Of a stretch of DNA of 58,809 bases, positions 11,671 through 23,740 are shown piece after piece. The notes beneath the pieces were generated by a model. That model was not told the origin of the DNA. It made no database searches and saw only the letters and a program-made list of their open reading frames with translations. Origin of the DNA: Nemertoderma westbladi. Lineage: Eukaryota > Animalia > Xenacoelomorpha. Within the stretch, counting starts at the first letter, position 1; each line of letters starts with the position of its first letter. The stretch lies in contig JAUCBJ010005410.1 in assembly GCA_032718475.1 (NCBI GenBank), positions 1 through 58,809 of the forward strand. Direction: 5' to 3'. A program made the position numbers and the translations under genes.

Positions 11671-14670
11671 ATAGAAAGCCAGTGGCCCTTCGGGCCACGG
11701 CTTTCTAGTTCACAAGCCTATTCACCATTCCAAACATTAATTAATTAATTTACTTAACAAAACTTCATATGATTGTGAGTGTTCTCTCAAACAAAAGGAC
11801 TGATGCTGTTTTACTTTTCAGATATCTACACTGGTCAACGTCCTTCACATAGATGTAGCCTTATGATGTAGTACAGTAGACCTCTGACAATTATCAGCGT
11901 AAAAGCATTTTTAATAAATAAATGTGAGAATGTTTTTACTTTTCAGATTCAGATTTTTCGCCCCCTAGCAGTAGACTGGAAATCCGCAGACTGGTTAGGG
12001 TCCTCCCCATACAAACAGCCTATGGTCAAGCATGCCTTTCCTAAGTATAAGCAAAAAAGCATTAGAAACAATGAAATTGGAGAAGGATTTCACTTGAGAC
12101 ATTTCACCCTCTAGCGGCAGACTGAGAAATTGTAGATTGGTCAGAGTTTTCCACAAACACGCAGTCTATGGTGTAGTAGACCTCTGACAAGTATCCGCCT
12201 AAAAGCATTATAAACAACGAAACGGGATAAGGTTTTCACTTTCAGACATTTCGCCCCCTAGCGGCCGAATGGAGAACTGCAGTTTGTTCGGCGTCTTACC
12301 TAGACACACACCCTATGGTGTACTACTACACATCTGGCAAGTGTCAGCCTGAAATCATATTAATAACGAATTGGGATAAGGTTTTCACTTTCAGACATTT
12401 GGCCCCCAAGCGGTAGACTGGATAAATGCAGACTGGTTCTAGCTTCTCCCCAAACACACAGTCTATGTTGTAGTAGACCTCTGCCAAGTATCAGCAAAAA
12501 AGCATTATAAACCATGAAATGCATAAAGGTTTTCACTTTCAGACATTGCGCCCCCTAGCGGCAGACAGAGCTATTGCAGATTGGTCTTAGTTCTCCACAA
12601 ACACGCAGTCTTTGATGTAGTAGACCTCTGACAAGTATCAGCCTAAAAACATTATAAACATCAAAATGGAATAATGTTTTCACGTTAAGACATTTCGCCC
12701 CCTAGCGGCCGAATAGATAACTGCAGGTTGTTCGGCGTCCTCTCCAGACACACACCCTATGGTGTAATACACATCTGACAAGTGTCAGACTAAAAGCATT
12801 ATTAATAACGAAATGGGATAAGGTTTTTACTTTCAGACATTTGGCCCCCTAGCGGCAGACTGGAGAAATGTAGACTGGTTCTAGCTCCTCCCCAAACACG
12901 CAGTCTTTGTGTAGTAGACCTCTGCAAAGTATCAGCAAAAAAGCAGTATAAACAACGAAATGGGTGAAGGTTTTCACTTTCAGACATTGCGCCCCCTACC
13001 GGCAGACAGAGGAATTTCAGATTATTCAGAGTTCTCTTCAAACACGCAGTCTATGGTGTAGTCGACTTCTGACAAGTATCAGCCAAAAACATTATAAACA
13101 TCAAAATGGGATAAGGTTTTCACGTTCAGACATTTCGCCCCCTAGCGGCCGAATAGAGAACTGCAGGTTGTTCGGCGTCCTCTCCAGACACAGACCCTAT
13201 GGTGTAATACACATCTGCCAAGTGTCAGCATAAAAGCATTATTAATAACGAAATGGGATAAGGTTTTCACTTTCAGACATTTGGCCCCCTAGCAGTAGAC
13301 TGGAGAAATGCAGACTGGTTCTAGCTCCTCCCCAAACACGCAGTCTTGGTGTAGTAGACCTCTGCCAAGTATCAGCAAAAAAGCAGTATAAACAACGAAA
13401 TGGGTGAAGGTTTTCACTTTCAGACATTGCGCCCCCTACCGGCAGACAGAGAAATTTCAGATTATTCAGAGTTCTCTACAAACACGCAGTCTATGGTGTA
13501 GTCGACTTCTGCCAAGTATCAGCAAAAAAGCATTATAAACAACGAAATGCGATAAGGTTTTCACTTTCAGATATTTATCCCCCTAGCGGCAGACTGGGGA
13601 ATTGCAGATTGGTCAGCATCCTCCGAAAACACACAGCCTATAGTGTAGTAGACCTCTGCCACGTATCAGTTTAAAGGCATTAATAATAACGAAATGGGAG
13701 CAGGTTTTCAGTTTCCCACATTTCGCCCCCTAGCGGCAGACTGGAGAAATGCAGACTGGTTCTAGCTCCTCCCCAAACACGCAGTCTTGGTGTAGTAGAC
13801 CTCTGCCAAGTATCAGCAAAAAAGCAGTATAAACAACGAAATGGGTGAAGGTTTTCACTTTCAGACATTGCGCCCCCTACCGGCAGACAGAGAAATTTCA
13901 GATTATTCAGAGTTCTCTACAAACACGCAGTCTATGGTGTAGTCGACTTCTGCCAAGTATCAGCAAAAAAGCATTATAAACAACGAAATGCGATAAGGTT
14001 TTCACTTTCAGAAATTTATCCCCCTAGCGGCAGACTGGGGAATTGCAGATTGGTCAGCATCCTCCGAAAACACACAGCCTATAGTGTAGTAGACCTCTGC
14101 CACGTATCAGTTTAAAGGCATTAATAATAACGAAATGGGAGCAGGTTTTCAGTTTCCCACATTTCGCCCCCTAGCGGCAGACTGGAGAACTGCAGATTGA
14201 TCAGTGTCGTCCCAAACACACAGTCTATGGTCAAGAACGTATCTGCAAAGTATCATTTAGAACAGATTGAGTCTGTTGGTGCAACCGCTGTTATAGAGTT
14301 TCCTGCTGGTTGACAAATTTGGCTGAAAATGGTTATGGAATAATAGCCCAATTTGACCACAAATACGCATTCACACATAAATGATGCATAAAATTCGCCT
14401 CGATATAACGACGTTTCGCGTCCATGTGCTCGGGGCAGTCTGCATCACGTAGATGCGCATCAAAATGTAGCATAATAGTCGAGACCCAACATGTAGAGTG
14501 ACAGAATGGACTGCTAGGCCTACTGCGCTACCGGTACCAAATTCACGAAATCTGCATTCACGCAAACAAACGCGTAAAATAAGACTCGAGATAGCGACAG
14601 TGCACGTGCTCGTGACGAGAGCTTTCGTTCGATGTATCGCGAGCTCAGATTGGTGCTTGTGTGTAGAAAC
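11671..14670 (-). mobile_element. Type A Helitron-like unit with expanded subrepeats (16), 5' end lost at the satellite boundary
   Basis: Same sequence as the other A units with extra 147-bp subunits; stops at gtgtagaaacg, before the (GACA)n tract and TC terminus, exactly where the satellite starts. Confidence 0.7.
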
Positions 14671-14674
14671 GATA

Positions 14675-17600
14675 TTACTCGGTAAGGGTGAGTAACTAAG
14701 GGTCGAGTAGTAAGTTCACGATACTATCACTACCTTACTCGGTAAGGGTGAGTAACTAAGGGTACGAGTAGTAAGTTCACGATACTATCACTACCTTACT
14801 CGGTAAGGGTGAGTAACTAATGGTGCGAGTATTAAGTTCACGATACTATCACTACCTTACTCGGTAAGGGTGAGTAACTAAGGTCGAGTAGTAAGTTCAC
14901 GATACTATCACCACCTTACTCGGTAAGGGTGAGTAACTAAGGGTCGAGTAGTAAGTTCACGATACTATCACTACCTTACTCGGTAAGGGTGAGTAACTAA
15001 GGGTCGAGTAGTAAGTTCACGATACTATCACCACCTTACTCGGTAAGGGTGAGTAACTAAGGGTCGAGTAGTAAGTTCACGATACTATCACTACCTTACT
15101 CGGTAAGGGTGAGTAACTAAGGGTACGAGTAGTAAGTTCACGATACTATCACCACCTTACTCGGTAAGGGTGAGTAACTAAGGGTCGAGTAGTAAGTTCA
15201 CGATACTATCACTACCTTACTCGGTAAGGGTGAGTAACTAAGGGTACGAGTAGTAAGTTCACGATACTATCACTACCTTACTCGGTAAGGGTGAGTAACT
15301 AAGGGTCGAGTAGTAAGTTCACGATACTATCACTACCTTACTCGGTAAGGGTGAGTAACTAATGGTACGAGTAGTAAGTTCACGATACTATCACTACCTT
15401 ACTCGGTAAGGGTGAGTAACTAAGGATCGAGTAGTAAGTTCACGATACTATCACTACCTTACTCGGTAAGGGTGAGTAACTAAGGATCGAGTAGTAAGTT
15501 CACGATACTATCACTACCTTACTCGGTAAGGGTGAGTAACTAATGGTACGAGTAGTAAGTTCACGATACTATCACTACCTTACTCGGTAAGGGTGAGCAA
15601 CTAATGGTACGAGTAGTAAGTTCACGATACTATCACTAGCTTAGTCGGTAAGGGTGAGTAACTAAGGATCGAGTAGTAAGTTCACGATACTAGCACTACC
15701 TTACTCGGTAAGGGTGAGTAACTAAGGGTCGAGTAGTAAGTTCACGATACTATCACTACCTTAGTCGGTAAGGGTGAGTAACTAATGGTGCGAGTAGTAA
15801 GTTCACGATACTATCACTACCTTACTCGGTAAGGGTGAGTACCTAAGGATCGAGTAGTAAGTTCACGATACTAGCACTACCTTACTCGGTACGGGTGAGT
15901 AACTAATGGTGCGAGTAGTAAGTTCACGATACTATCACTACCTTACTCGGTAAGGGTGAGTACCTAAGGATCGAGTAGTAAGTTCACGATACTAGCACTA
16001 CCTTACTCGGTAAGGGTGAGTAACTAAGGGTCGAGTAGTAAGTTCACGATACTATCACTACCTTACTCGGTAAGGGTGAGTAACTAAGGGTCGAGTAGTA
16101 AGTTCACGATACTATCACTACCTTACTCGGTAAGGGTGAGTAACTAAGGGTCGAGTAGTAAGTTCACGATACTAGCACTACCTTACTCGGTAAGGGTGAG
16201 TAACTAAGGGTACGAGTAGTAAGTTCACGAAACTATCACTACCTTAGTCGGTAAGGGTGAGTAACTAAGGATCGAGTAGTAGGTTCACGATACTATCACT
16301 ACCTTACTCGGTAAGGGTGAGTAACTAAGTTCACGATACTATCACTACCTTAGTCGGTAAGGGTGAGTAACTAAGGGTCGAGTAGTAAGTTCACGATACT
16401 ATCACTACCTTACTCGGTAAGGGTGAGTAACTAAGGGTCGAGTAGTAAGTTCACGATACTAGCACTACCTTACTCGGTAAGGGTGAGTAACTAAGGGTCG
16501 AGTAGTAAGTTCACGATACTATCACTACCTTACTCGGTAAGGGTGAGTAACTAAGGGTCGAGTAGTAAGTTCACGATACTATCACTACCTTACTCGGTAA
16601 GGGTGAGTACCTAAGGATCGAGTAGTAAGTTCACGATACTAGCACTACCTTACTCGGTAAGGGTGAGTAACTAAGGGTCGAGTAGTAAGTTCACGATACT
16701 ATCACTACCTTAGTCGGTAAGGGTGAGTAACTAATGGTGCGAGTAGTAAGTTCACGATACTATCACTACCTTACTCGGTAAGGGTGAGTACCTAAGGATC
16801 GAGTAGTAAGTTCACGATACTAGCACTACCTTACTCGGTACGGGTGAGTAACTAATGGTGCGAGTAGTAAGTTCACGATACTATCACTACCTTACTCGGT
16901 AAGGGTGAGTACCTAAGGATCGAGTAGTAAGTTCACGATACTAGCACTACCTTACTCGGTAAGGGTGAGTAACTAAGGGTCGAGTAGTAAGTTCACGATA
17001 CTATCACTACCTTACTCGGTAAGGGTGAGTACCTAAGGATCGAGTAGTAAGTTCACGATACTAGCACTACCTTACTCGGTAAGGGTGAGTAACTAAGGGT
17101 CGAGTAGTAAGTTCACGATACTATCACTACCTTACTCGGTAAGGGTGAGTACCTAAGGGTCGAGTAGTAAGTTCACGATACTATCACTACCTTAGTCGGT
17201 AAGGATGAGTATCTAAGGATCGAGTAGTAAGTTCACGATACTATCACTACCTTAGTCGGTAAGGGTGAGTAACTAAGGGTCGAGTAGTAAGTTCACGATA
17301 CTATCACTACCTTAGTCGGTAAGGGTGAGTAACTAATGGTGCGAGTAGTAAGTTCACGATACTATCACTACCTTAGTCGGTAAGGGTGAGTAACTAAGGG
17401 TCGAGTAGTAAGTTCACGATACTATCACTACCTTAGTCGGTAAGGGTGAGTAACTAAGGGTCGAGTAGTAAGTTCACGATACTATCACTACCTTAGTCGG
17501 TAAGGGTGAGTAACTAATGGTGCGAGTAGTAAGTTCACGATACTATCACTACCTTAGTCGGTAAGGGTGAGTAACTAAGGATCGAGTAGTAAGTTCACGA

Positions 17601-20600
17601 TACTAGCACTACCTTACTCGGTAAGGGTGAGTATCTAAGGATCGAGTAGTAAGTTCACGATACTATCACTACCTTACTCGGTAAGGGTGAGTAACTAATG
17701 GTACGAGTAGTAAGTTCACGATACTATCACTACCTTACTCGGTAAGGGTGAGTAACTAAGGGTACGAGTAGTAAGTTCACGATACTATCACTACCTTACT
17801 CGGTAAGGGTGAGTAACTAATGGTGCGAGTAGTAAGTTCACGATACTATCACTACCTTACTCGGTAAGGGTGAGTAACTAAGGGTCGAGTAGTAAGTTCA
17901 CGATACTATCACTACCTTACTCGGTAAGGGTGAGTAACTAATGGTGCGAGTAGTAAGTTCACGATACTATCACTACCTTACTCGGTAAGGGTGAGTAACT
18001 AAGGGTCGAGTAGTAAGTTCACGATACTATCACTACCTTACTCGGTAAGGGTGAGTAACTAAGGGTACGAGTAGTAAGTTCACGATACTATCACTACCTT
18101 ACTCGGTAAGGGTGAGTAACTAATGGTGCGAGTAGTAAGTTCACGATACTATCACTACCTTACTCGGTAAGGGTGAGTAACTAAGGGTCGAGTAGTAAGT
18201 TCACGATACTATCACTACCTTACTCGGTAAGGGTGAGTAACTAATGGTGCGAGTAGTAAGTTCACGATACTATCACTACCTTACTCGGTAAGGGTGAGTA
18301 ACTAAGGGTCGAGTAGTAAGTTCACGATACTATCACTACCTTACTCGGTAAGGGTGAGTAACTAATGGTGCGAGTAGTAAGTTCACGATACTATCACTAC
18401 CTTACTCGGTAAGGGTGAGTAACTAAGGGTCGAGTAGTAAGTTCACGATACTATCACTACCTTACTCGGTAAGGGTGAGTAACTAATGGTGCGAGTAGTA
18501 AGTTCACGATACTATCACTACCTTACTCGGTAAGGGTGAGTAACTAAGGGTCGAGTAGTAAGTTCACGATACTATCACTACCTTACTCGGTAAGGGTGAG
18601 TAACTAAGGGTACGAGTAGTAAGTTCACGATACTATCACTACCTTACTCGGTAAGGGTGAGTAACTAATGGTGCGAGTAGTAAGTTCACGATACTATCAC
18701 TACCTTACTCGGTAAGGGTGAGTAACTAAGGGTCGAGTAGTAAGTTCACGATACTATCACTACCTTACTCGGTAAGGGTGAGTAACTAATGGTACGAGTA
18801 GTAAGTTCACGATACTATCACTACCTTACTCGGTAAGGGTGAGTATCTAAGGATCGAGTAGTAAGTTCACGATACTAGCACTACCTTACTCGGTAAGGGT
18901 GAGTAACTAAGGGTCGAGTAGTAAGTTCACGATACTATCACTACCTTACTCGGTAAGGGTGAGTAACTAAGGGTCGAGTAGTAAGTTCACGATACTAGCA
19001 CTACCTTACTCGGTAAGGGTGAGTAACTAAGGGTCGAGTAGTAAGTTCACAATACTATCACTACCTTACTCGGTAAGGGTGAGTAACTAAGGGTCGAGTA
19101 TTAAGTTCACGATACTATCACTACCTTACTCGGTAAGGGTGAGTAACTAAGGGTCGAGTAGTAAGTTCACGATACTATCACTACCTTACTCGGTAAGGGT
19201 GAGTAACTAATGGTGCGAGTAGTAAGTTCACGATACTATCACTACCTTAGTCGGTAAGGGTGAGTAACTAAGGATCGAGTAGTAAGTTCACGATACTATC
19301 ACTACCTTACTCGGTAAGGGTGAGTAACTAATGGTGCGAGTAGTAAGTTCACGATACTATCACTACCTTAGTCGGTAAGGGTGAGTAACTAATGGTGCGA
19401 GTAGTAAGTTCACGATACTATCACTACCTTACTCGGTAAGGGTGAGTAACTAATGGTACGAGTAGTAAGTTCACGATACTATCACTACCTTACTCGGTAA
19501 GGGTGAGTAACTAATGGTGCGAGTAGTAAGTTCACGATACTATCACTACCTTACTCGGTAAGGGTGAGTAACTAATGGTGCGAGTAGTAAGTTCACGATA
19601 CTATCACTACCTTAGTCGGTAAGGGTGAGTAACTAATGGTGCGAGTAGTAAGTTCACGATACTATCACTACCTTACTCGGTAAGGGTGAGTATCTAAGGA
19701 TCGAGTAGTAAGTTCACGATACTATCACTACCTTACTCGGTAGGGGTGAGTAACTAAGGGTCGAGTAGTAAGTTCACGATACTATCACTACCTTACTCGG
19801 TAGGGGTGAGTAACTAAGGGTACGAGTAGTAAGTTCACGATACTATCACTACCTTACTCGGTAAGGGTGAGTAACTAAGGGTCGAGTAGTAAGTTCACGA
19901 TACTATCACTACCTTACTCGGTAAGGGTGAGTAACTAATGGTGCGAGTAGTAAGTTCACGATACTATCACTACCTTACTCGGTAAGGGTGAGTATCTAAG
20001 GATCGAGTAGTAAGTTCACGATACTATCACTACCTTACTCGGTAAGGGTGAGTAACTAAGGGTCGAGTAGTAAGTTCACGATACTATCACTACCTTAGTC
20101 GGTAAGGGTGAGTATCTAAGGATCGAGTAGTAAGTTCACGATACTATCACTACCTTACTCGGTAAGGGTGAGTAACTAAGGGTCGAGTAGTAAGTTCACG
20201 ATACTATCACTACCTTACTCGGTAAGGGTGAGTAACTAAGGGTCGAGTAGTAAGTTCACGATACTATCACTACCTTAGTCGGTAAGGGTGAGTATCTAAG
20301 GATCGAGTAGTAAGTTCACGATACTATCACTACCTTAGTCGGTAAGGGTGAGTAACTAATGGTGCGAGTAGTAAGTTCACGATACTATCACTACCTTAGT
20401 CGGTAAGGGTGAGTAACTAAGGATCGAGTAGTAAGTTCACGATACTATCACTACCTTAGTCGGTAAGGGTGAGTAACTAATGGTGCGAGTAGTAAGTTCA
20501 CGATACTATCACTACCTTACTCGGTAAGGGTGAGTAACTAATGGTGCGAGTATTAAGTTCACGATACTATCACTACCTTACTTGGCAAGGGTGAGTAACT

Positions 20601-23234
20601 AATGGTGCGAGTATTAAGTTCACGATACTATCACTACCTTAGTCGGTAAGGGTGAGTATCTAAGGATCGAGTAGTAAGTTCACGATACTATCACTACCTT
20701 AGTCGGTAAGGGTGAGTAACTAATGGTGCGAGTAGTAAGTTCACGATACTATCACTACCTTAGTCGGTAAGGGTGAGTAACTAAGGATCGAGTAGTAAGT
20801 TCACGATACTATCACTACCTTAGTCGGTAAGGGTGAGTAACTAATGGTGCGAGTAGTAAGTTCACGATACTATCACTACCTTAGTCGGTAAGGGTGAGTA
20901 ACTAAGGATCGAGTAGTAAGTTCACGATACTATCACTACCTTAGTCGGTAAGGGTGAGTAACTAATGGTGCGAGTAGTAAGTTCACGATACTATCACTAC
21001 CTTACTCGGTAAGGGTGAGTAACTAATGGTGCGAGTAGTAAGTTCACGATACTATCACTACCTTAGTCGGTAAGGGTGAGTAACTAAGGATCGAGTAGTA
21101 AGTTCACGATACTATCACTACCTTAGTCGGTAAGGGTGAGTAACTAAGGATCGAGTAGTAAGTTCACGATACTATCACTACCTTAGTCGGTAAGGGTGAG
21201 TAACTAAGGGTCGAGTATTAAGTTCACGATACTATCACTACCTTACTCGGTAAGGGTGAGTAACTAATGGTGCGAGTAGTAAGTTCACGATACTATCACT
21301 ACCTTACTCGGTAAGGGTGAGTAACTAAGGGTCGAGTATTAAGTTCACGATACTATCACTACCTTACTCGGTAGGGGTGAGTAACTAATGGTACGAGTAG
21401 TAAGTTCACGATACTATCACCACCTTACTCGGTAAGGGTGAGTAACTAAGGATCGAGTAGTAAGTTCACGATACTATCACTACCTTACTCGGTAAGGGTG
21501 AGTAACTAATGGTGCGAGTATTAAGTTCACGATACTATCACTACCTTACTCGGTAAGGGTGAGTAACTAATGGTGCGAGTATTAAGTTCACGATACTATC
21601 ACTACCTTACTCGGTAAGGGTGAGCAACTAATGGTGCGAGTATTAAGTTCACGATACTATCACCACCTTACTCGGTAAGGGTGAGTAACTAAGGGTCGAG
21701 TATTAAGTTCACGATACTATCACTACCTTACTCGGTAAGGGTGAGTAACTAATGGTGCGAGTATTAAGTTCACGATACTATCACTACCTTACTCGGTAAG
21801 GGTGAGTAACTAATGGTGCGAGTATTAAGTTCACGATACTATCACTACCTTACTCGGTAAGGGTGAGCAACTAATGGTGCGAGTATTAAGTTCACGATAC
21901 TATCACTACCTTACTCGGTAAGGGTGAGTAACTAAGGGTCGAGTATTAAGTTCACGATACTATCACTACCTTACTCGGTAAGGGTGAGTAACTAATGGTG
22001 CGAGTATTAAGTTCACGATACTATCACTACCTTACTCGGTAAGGGTGAGCAACTAATGGTGCGAGTATTAAGTTCACGATACTATCACTACCTTACTCGG
22101 TAAGGGTGAGTAACTAAGGGTCGAGTATTAAGTTCACGATACTATCACTACCTTACTCGGTAAGGGTGAGTAACTAATGGTGCGAGTTTTAAGTTCACGA
22201 TACTATCACTACCTTACTCGGTAAGGGTGAGTAACTAAGGGTCGAGTAGTAAGTTCACGATACTATCACTACCTTACTCGGTAAGGGTGAGTAACTAATG
22301 GTGCGAGTATTAAGTTCACGATACTATCACTACCTTACTCGGTAAGGGTGAGTAACTAATGGTGCGAGTATTAAGTTCACGATACTATCACTACCTTACT
22401 CGGTAAGGGTGAGTAACTAAGGGTCGAGTAGTAAGTTCACGATACTATCACTACCTTACTCGGTAAGGGTGAGTAACTAAGGGTCGAGTAGTAAGTTCAC
22501 GATACTATCACTACCTTACTCGGTAAGGGTGAGTAACTAAGGGTCGAGTAGTAAGTTCACGATACTCTCACTACCTTACTCGGTAAGGGTGAGTAACTAA
22601 GGGTCGAGTAGTAAGTTCACGATACTATCACTACCTTACTCGGTAAGGGTGAGTAACTAATGGTCGACTAGTAAGTTCACGATACTATCACTACCGTACT
22701 CGGTAAGGGTGAGTAACTAAGGGTCGACTAGTAAGTTCACGATACTATCACTACCTTACTCGGTAAGGGTGAGTAACTAAGGGTCGAGTAGTAAGTTCAC
22801 GATACTATCACTACCTTACTCGGTAAGGGTGAGTAACTAAGGGTCGAGTAGTAAGTTCACGATACTATCACTACCTTACTCGGTAAGGGTGAGTAACTAA
22901 GGGTCGAGTAGTAAGTTCACGATACTATCACTAGCTTACTCGGTAAGGGTGAGTAACTAATGGTGCGAGTAGTAAGTTCACGATACTATCACTAGCTTAC
23001 TCGGTAAGGGTGAGTAACTAAGGGTCGAGTAGTAAGTTCACGATACTATCACTAGCTTACTCGGTAAGGGTGAGTAACTAATGGTGCGAGTAGTAAGTTC
23101 ACGATACTATCACTAGCTTACTCGGTAAGGGTGAGTAACTAAGGGTCGAGTAGTAAGTTCACGATACTATCACTAGCTTACTCGGTAAGGGTGAGTAACT
23201 AATGGTGCGAGTAGTAAGTTCACGATACTATCAC
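14675..23234. repeat. Satellite DNA, 60/61-bp monomer, about 140 copies
   Basis: Monomer ttactcggtaagggtgagtaactaagggtcgagtagtaagttcacgatactatcactacc with variants aagggtc/aaggatc/aatggtgc/aatggtac; very homogeneous. Confidence 0.98.
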
Positions 23235-23740
23235 ATCCGAAACTCAAGGCAATATGTATTGATTCTGTACCGTGGCGTACGGCAATTCCACTCTAATACT
23301 CCAATAGCTTGAAATTTCTGCTTCTTATAATATTAACTCATCATTCTCTTACACACTTCTCAATTGTTACAAAAAGTGATAAAGTTATGTGAAGGTTTAC
23401 AATCCGAAAATACACTTTAATACAGCTATTAACAATAAATAGTAATATATATATAAAATAATTTATAATAAATTAATAAACATATTATATTATTTATAAT
23501 ACTGTTTCGTAAATTCTGTACAATAGATACAAATGTGGATTAATAGTTTTGCTTATAAACGTGCGGTATACGAAAATATTGAAAGAAAGTGTAAGGTTCC
23601 AACTCAGTGTCAAAGAAAATATAGATGGCATACTTATTGCAAGCTTGACATTCGAAATAACTTAACATATGAAATAAACTTATTACAAAACTTAAATATA
23701 TACAAAATAATTTGCTTGGAATTTCATGACACCAATTAAA

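Larger units (their letters stand above)
60..14195 (-). promoter_or_regulatory. Array of about 70 co-oriented CTCF-like motifs at 146-147 bp spacing
   Basis: Minus strand reads e.g. CTGCAGTTCTCCAGTCTGCCGCTAGGGGGCG, matching the CTCF core (CCRCYAGRKGGCGC) plus the upstream TGCAG module; e.g. at 2211, 2358, 2505, 2652, 2799, 2946. Confidence 0.6.

Noticed and set aside
725-14695. Many short ORFs (MSESENLHPF..., MARRATGF...)
   Set aside because: They recur with the repeat units, are broken by indels and show no protein motifs; no RepHel coding sequence is present.
14675-23234. CRISPR array or hammerhead-ribozyme satellite
   Set aside because: No unique spacers and no cas genes in a eukaryotic context; the monomer lacks the CTGANGA/GAAA hammerhead core on both strands.
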